Below, in pieces: positions 61,680 to 64,000 of a stretch of DNA of 64,000 nt. How positions within the stretch are numbered: the first letter of the stretch is position 1; each line of letters opens with the position of its first letter. The translations under genes were made by a program, and so were the position numbers. This DNA comes from Vicugna vicugna (lineage: Eukaryota), in assembly GCA_013265495.1 (NCBI GenBank), contig MU058103.1:1062870-1126869 (forward strand), written 5' to 3'. The notes under the pieces are model-generated. The model was not told the origin of the DNA. It saw nothing but the letters and a program-made list of their open reading frames with translations, and did not search any database.

Positions 61680-64000
61680 CCAAAAAAGATGTCCTGTCTT
61701 TTTGGAGATTGCATTTCAGCAGATGAACATAGACAGCAAATATAATCAGTAGGAAATTATCAAGCATAGTTTAATGTTATACATGCTGTTATAAAAGGGG
61801 AAGGTGTAGCTCAGTGGTAGAGCACATGCTTAGCATGAACAAGGTCCTGGGTTCAATCTCCAGTATCTCCCCTCCCCCCAAAAAAAGAAACATGATTACT
61901 AAATAAAAAAGATTTTTTTTTCCGAAAGAGAGGGAGCTGGATACAGGCAATGCCGTTGCCTAAGACAGGGCTGTGGGGAGGATGGGTAGTGTCTACAAGC
62001 AAGACAGTCAGGGAGGGTCTCATTGGGAAAATGACATTTGAACACCACTTTTAGGAGGTAGAGAAGGTAGCACAGACAGTGGAGAGGAACAGTGGGAGCC
62101 GGTGCTCCAGGCAGAGAGAAGAGCCACTGTACAGACTCCAAGTTGCGTTCACGCTCAGAATGTTTCAGTAAGCGAGGAGACCCCATGAGTAAGGGGAGTG
62201 CAGTAAACATAAAATCAGGTTGATAAATGGTGGCAAACTGAGAGGATACATACAGGGCAAGGCAAGAAATTCTTTAACTTTGAAAAGAGGAGGGCATTGG
62301 AGAGTTGTGGCAAGATTTGATGTATGTGGGTGATAACTCTGGCTGCTAATTTCAGAGTAGGCTGCTCGTAGGCCAGGGTGGAAGCAGGGAAACTGTTGGA
62401 GTAGAAAGACAAGAAATAAGAGCATCAGGTGGGAGTGAGAAGGGTTGTCAGGTTCTGGATCTATTTGGAGATGAAGGCGACAAAATTTCACGATGGATTG
62501 GAGGTGAAATGTGACTAAAATCAAGGAAGAAGGATATATTTATTATTTAGTTTGGAGACACTTTCCCAGTCAAAAGCAGGAGTTCATTCTGGGCCATGTT
62601 TCCTTTGAGGTGGGTATCTTACCAGTGCAGTTTGAGTAGGTGGTTGGATATAAGCATTTAGGGTTCAAGGAGAGGGTTTGGGGCTGAAATAGTAAGTTGG
62701 AGAGTCATTCCCATAGTGACAGTGTTGAAAGCCATGAGCCTCAAGAAGATCACCAAAGGAGTGAGACCATCTGGAGAAGAAGACAAAGGATTAAGCCCTG
62801 AGGTCCTCCAGTCTTATGAGGCCAGAGAGAAGTGGATTACCTACTAAGGGAGACTGAGGAGGAGCAAAGATAAGGTAGGAGGAAAAAGGCACATGCATCG
62901 TATCAGGGATGAGGCAGTTATTAATTGTTCCAAATGGTGCTGGTATTTCATGGAAGATGGAAGGACTGAGAATTGACCGTTGGATTTGGCAACAAGTATG
63001 TCATAAGTGATTTTCAGTTAAACAGCTCTGGTGGCATGGTGAGGATAGAAATCATTTAGATTAGCTTAAAACTGAAGAAAAGTGCCAGAGGTAAGAACAT
63101 CACACAGAAGGTTAAAATGTGAAGCCAGCTAAAGACAAGAGTCATAGCAGAAAGGTGAAAATGGGTTACAAAAGGTTTTTGTTTTATTATGAAAGAAATA
63201 CAAACAAGGAGTGATGCCAATAAAAGTAGGCTAATGTAAAGAAACAGTGATGACACAGGAGGGAGGAGAATTGCTGAGACGATGGAGAAATGAATGGATT
63301 AGGGATGTGCATGTCAGGCGTCACAAGACCTGCAGTCACAGTCATAGTTTAAAGGGAGCCTACTCAGTCTGCTTTTGTTGTTTTGTTTCCCTCTAGTCAT
63401 AGTCGACTGCCAGGTATAGGCATCAAGTAAGTCCCGAGTTGTATATGATGGTGGTTTTCCAAGTGGATTCTGCAAAACAGTGAAAGAGGTCAGAGCATTC
63501 ATGCAAGGAAGTGATTAACATGTTGGCCTTGGGATTTAAGCTGTATATAGAGGAATATAGGACTTAAACTGAGAAGGGACAGAGATGAAGCGATTAGATG
63601 AAGGGATCGGAAGTCCCGGTCAGGTGAAAGGATGATTAGCATTGGGGGTTTTCGAGGAAGTAACTGGGAAGCGGTGTTAGAAAATAATGCCAGAGAGTTG
63701 GACACGTTCATTTGAGGTTACAGAAGTATTGCAGTTGTGGTAAATAAGATGTGCGGAGATCCAGGGCAAAGTGGCTCAAGTAGAGTGGAGGACAATGTGT
63801 CTGAGGAGAAGGTTGAGGTCACAGAGCCGAGAGGAGATGAGAGCATTAGAAGCATTGTCTGTCTACATATAAATTAAAATACCCAAATGCTAAGACAGAG
63901 TAATATTGAAGAGAATGACAATGAACCAGAAATGAAAGGTGGTGGGATCCAAAACTTGAGATTTTCAGGGACTGTGGCAGTGATGTGCCCATAAAGATGT
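61680..64000 (-). mobile_element. Long L2 LINE fragment
   Basis: ggagggtctcattgggaaaatgacatttgaac, ccaggcagagagaagagc, ctctggctgct, gagttcattctgggccatgtt, tggatttggcaaca. Confidence 0.8.
61797..61895 (+). mobile_element. tRNA-Ala(AGC)-derived SINE (vic-1 type), inserted in L2
   Basis: A-box tagctcagtggtaga, anticodon-like loop cttagcat, B-box ggttcaatc, C-rich linker and A tail. Confidence 0.85.

Noticed and set aside
61797..61870. tRNA-Ala(AGC) gene
   Set aside because: Disrupted acceptor and anticodon stems, A-rich tail, no oligo-T terminator directly after, inserted in L2: a SINE.
1..64000. CRISPR arrays, operons or prokaryotic defence systems; naming the host gene
   Set aside because: The sequence is mammalian with no repeat-spacer array, and no coding exon was recognised to justify a gene symbol.

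Overview
Mammalian, repeat-rich, non-coding DNA. It is most likely camelid, judged from two tRNA-Ala(AGC)-derived SINEs of the vic-1 type and cetartiodactyl-style L1 3' ends. I recognise no protein-coding exon, rRNA, intact tRNA gene or CRISPR array, and the ORF track is explained by chance ORFs, microsatellites and antisense L1/L2 sequence. Roughly half the window is MIR, L2, L1, HAL1, MaLR LTR and hAT/MER sequence. Repeat families were assigned by eye from remembered consensus motifs, and most boundaries are approximate (about +/-50 bp). Several signs point to a long intron of a + strand transcription unit that I cannot name: a strong 52-nt exon at 9502-9553 with stops in all three frames, an AG|GT recursive-splice-like 48-nt module at 17374-17421, and mostly antisense L1s. 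Other leads are a CpG-rich MIR (about 32.2-32.4 kb), motif-dense repeat-free segments, a nested L1 dimer sharing one TSD, inverted repeat pairs and a C/D-box-like segment. I cannot support a claim of a new biological system from the sequence alone. The splicing signals are the best lead.
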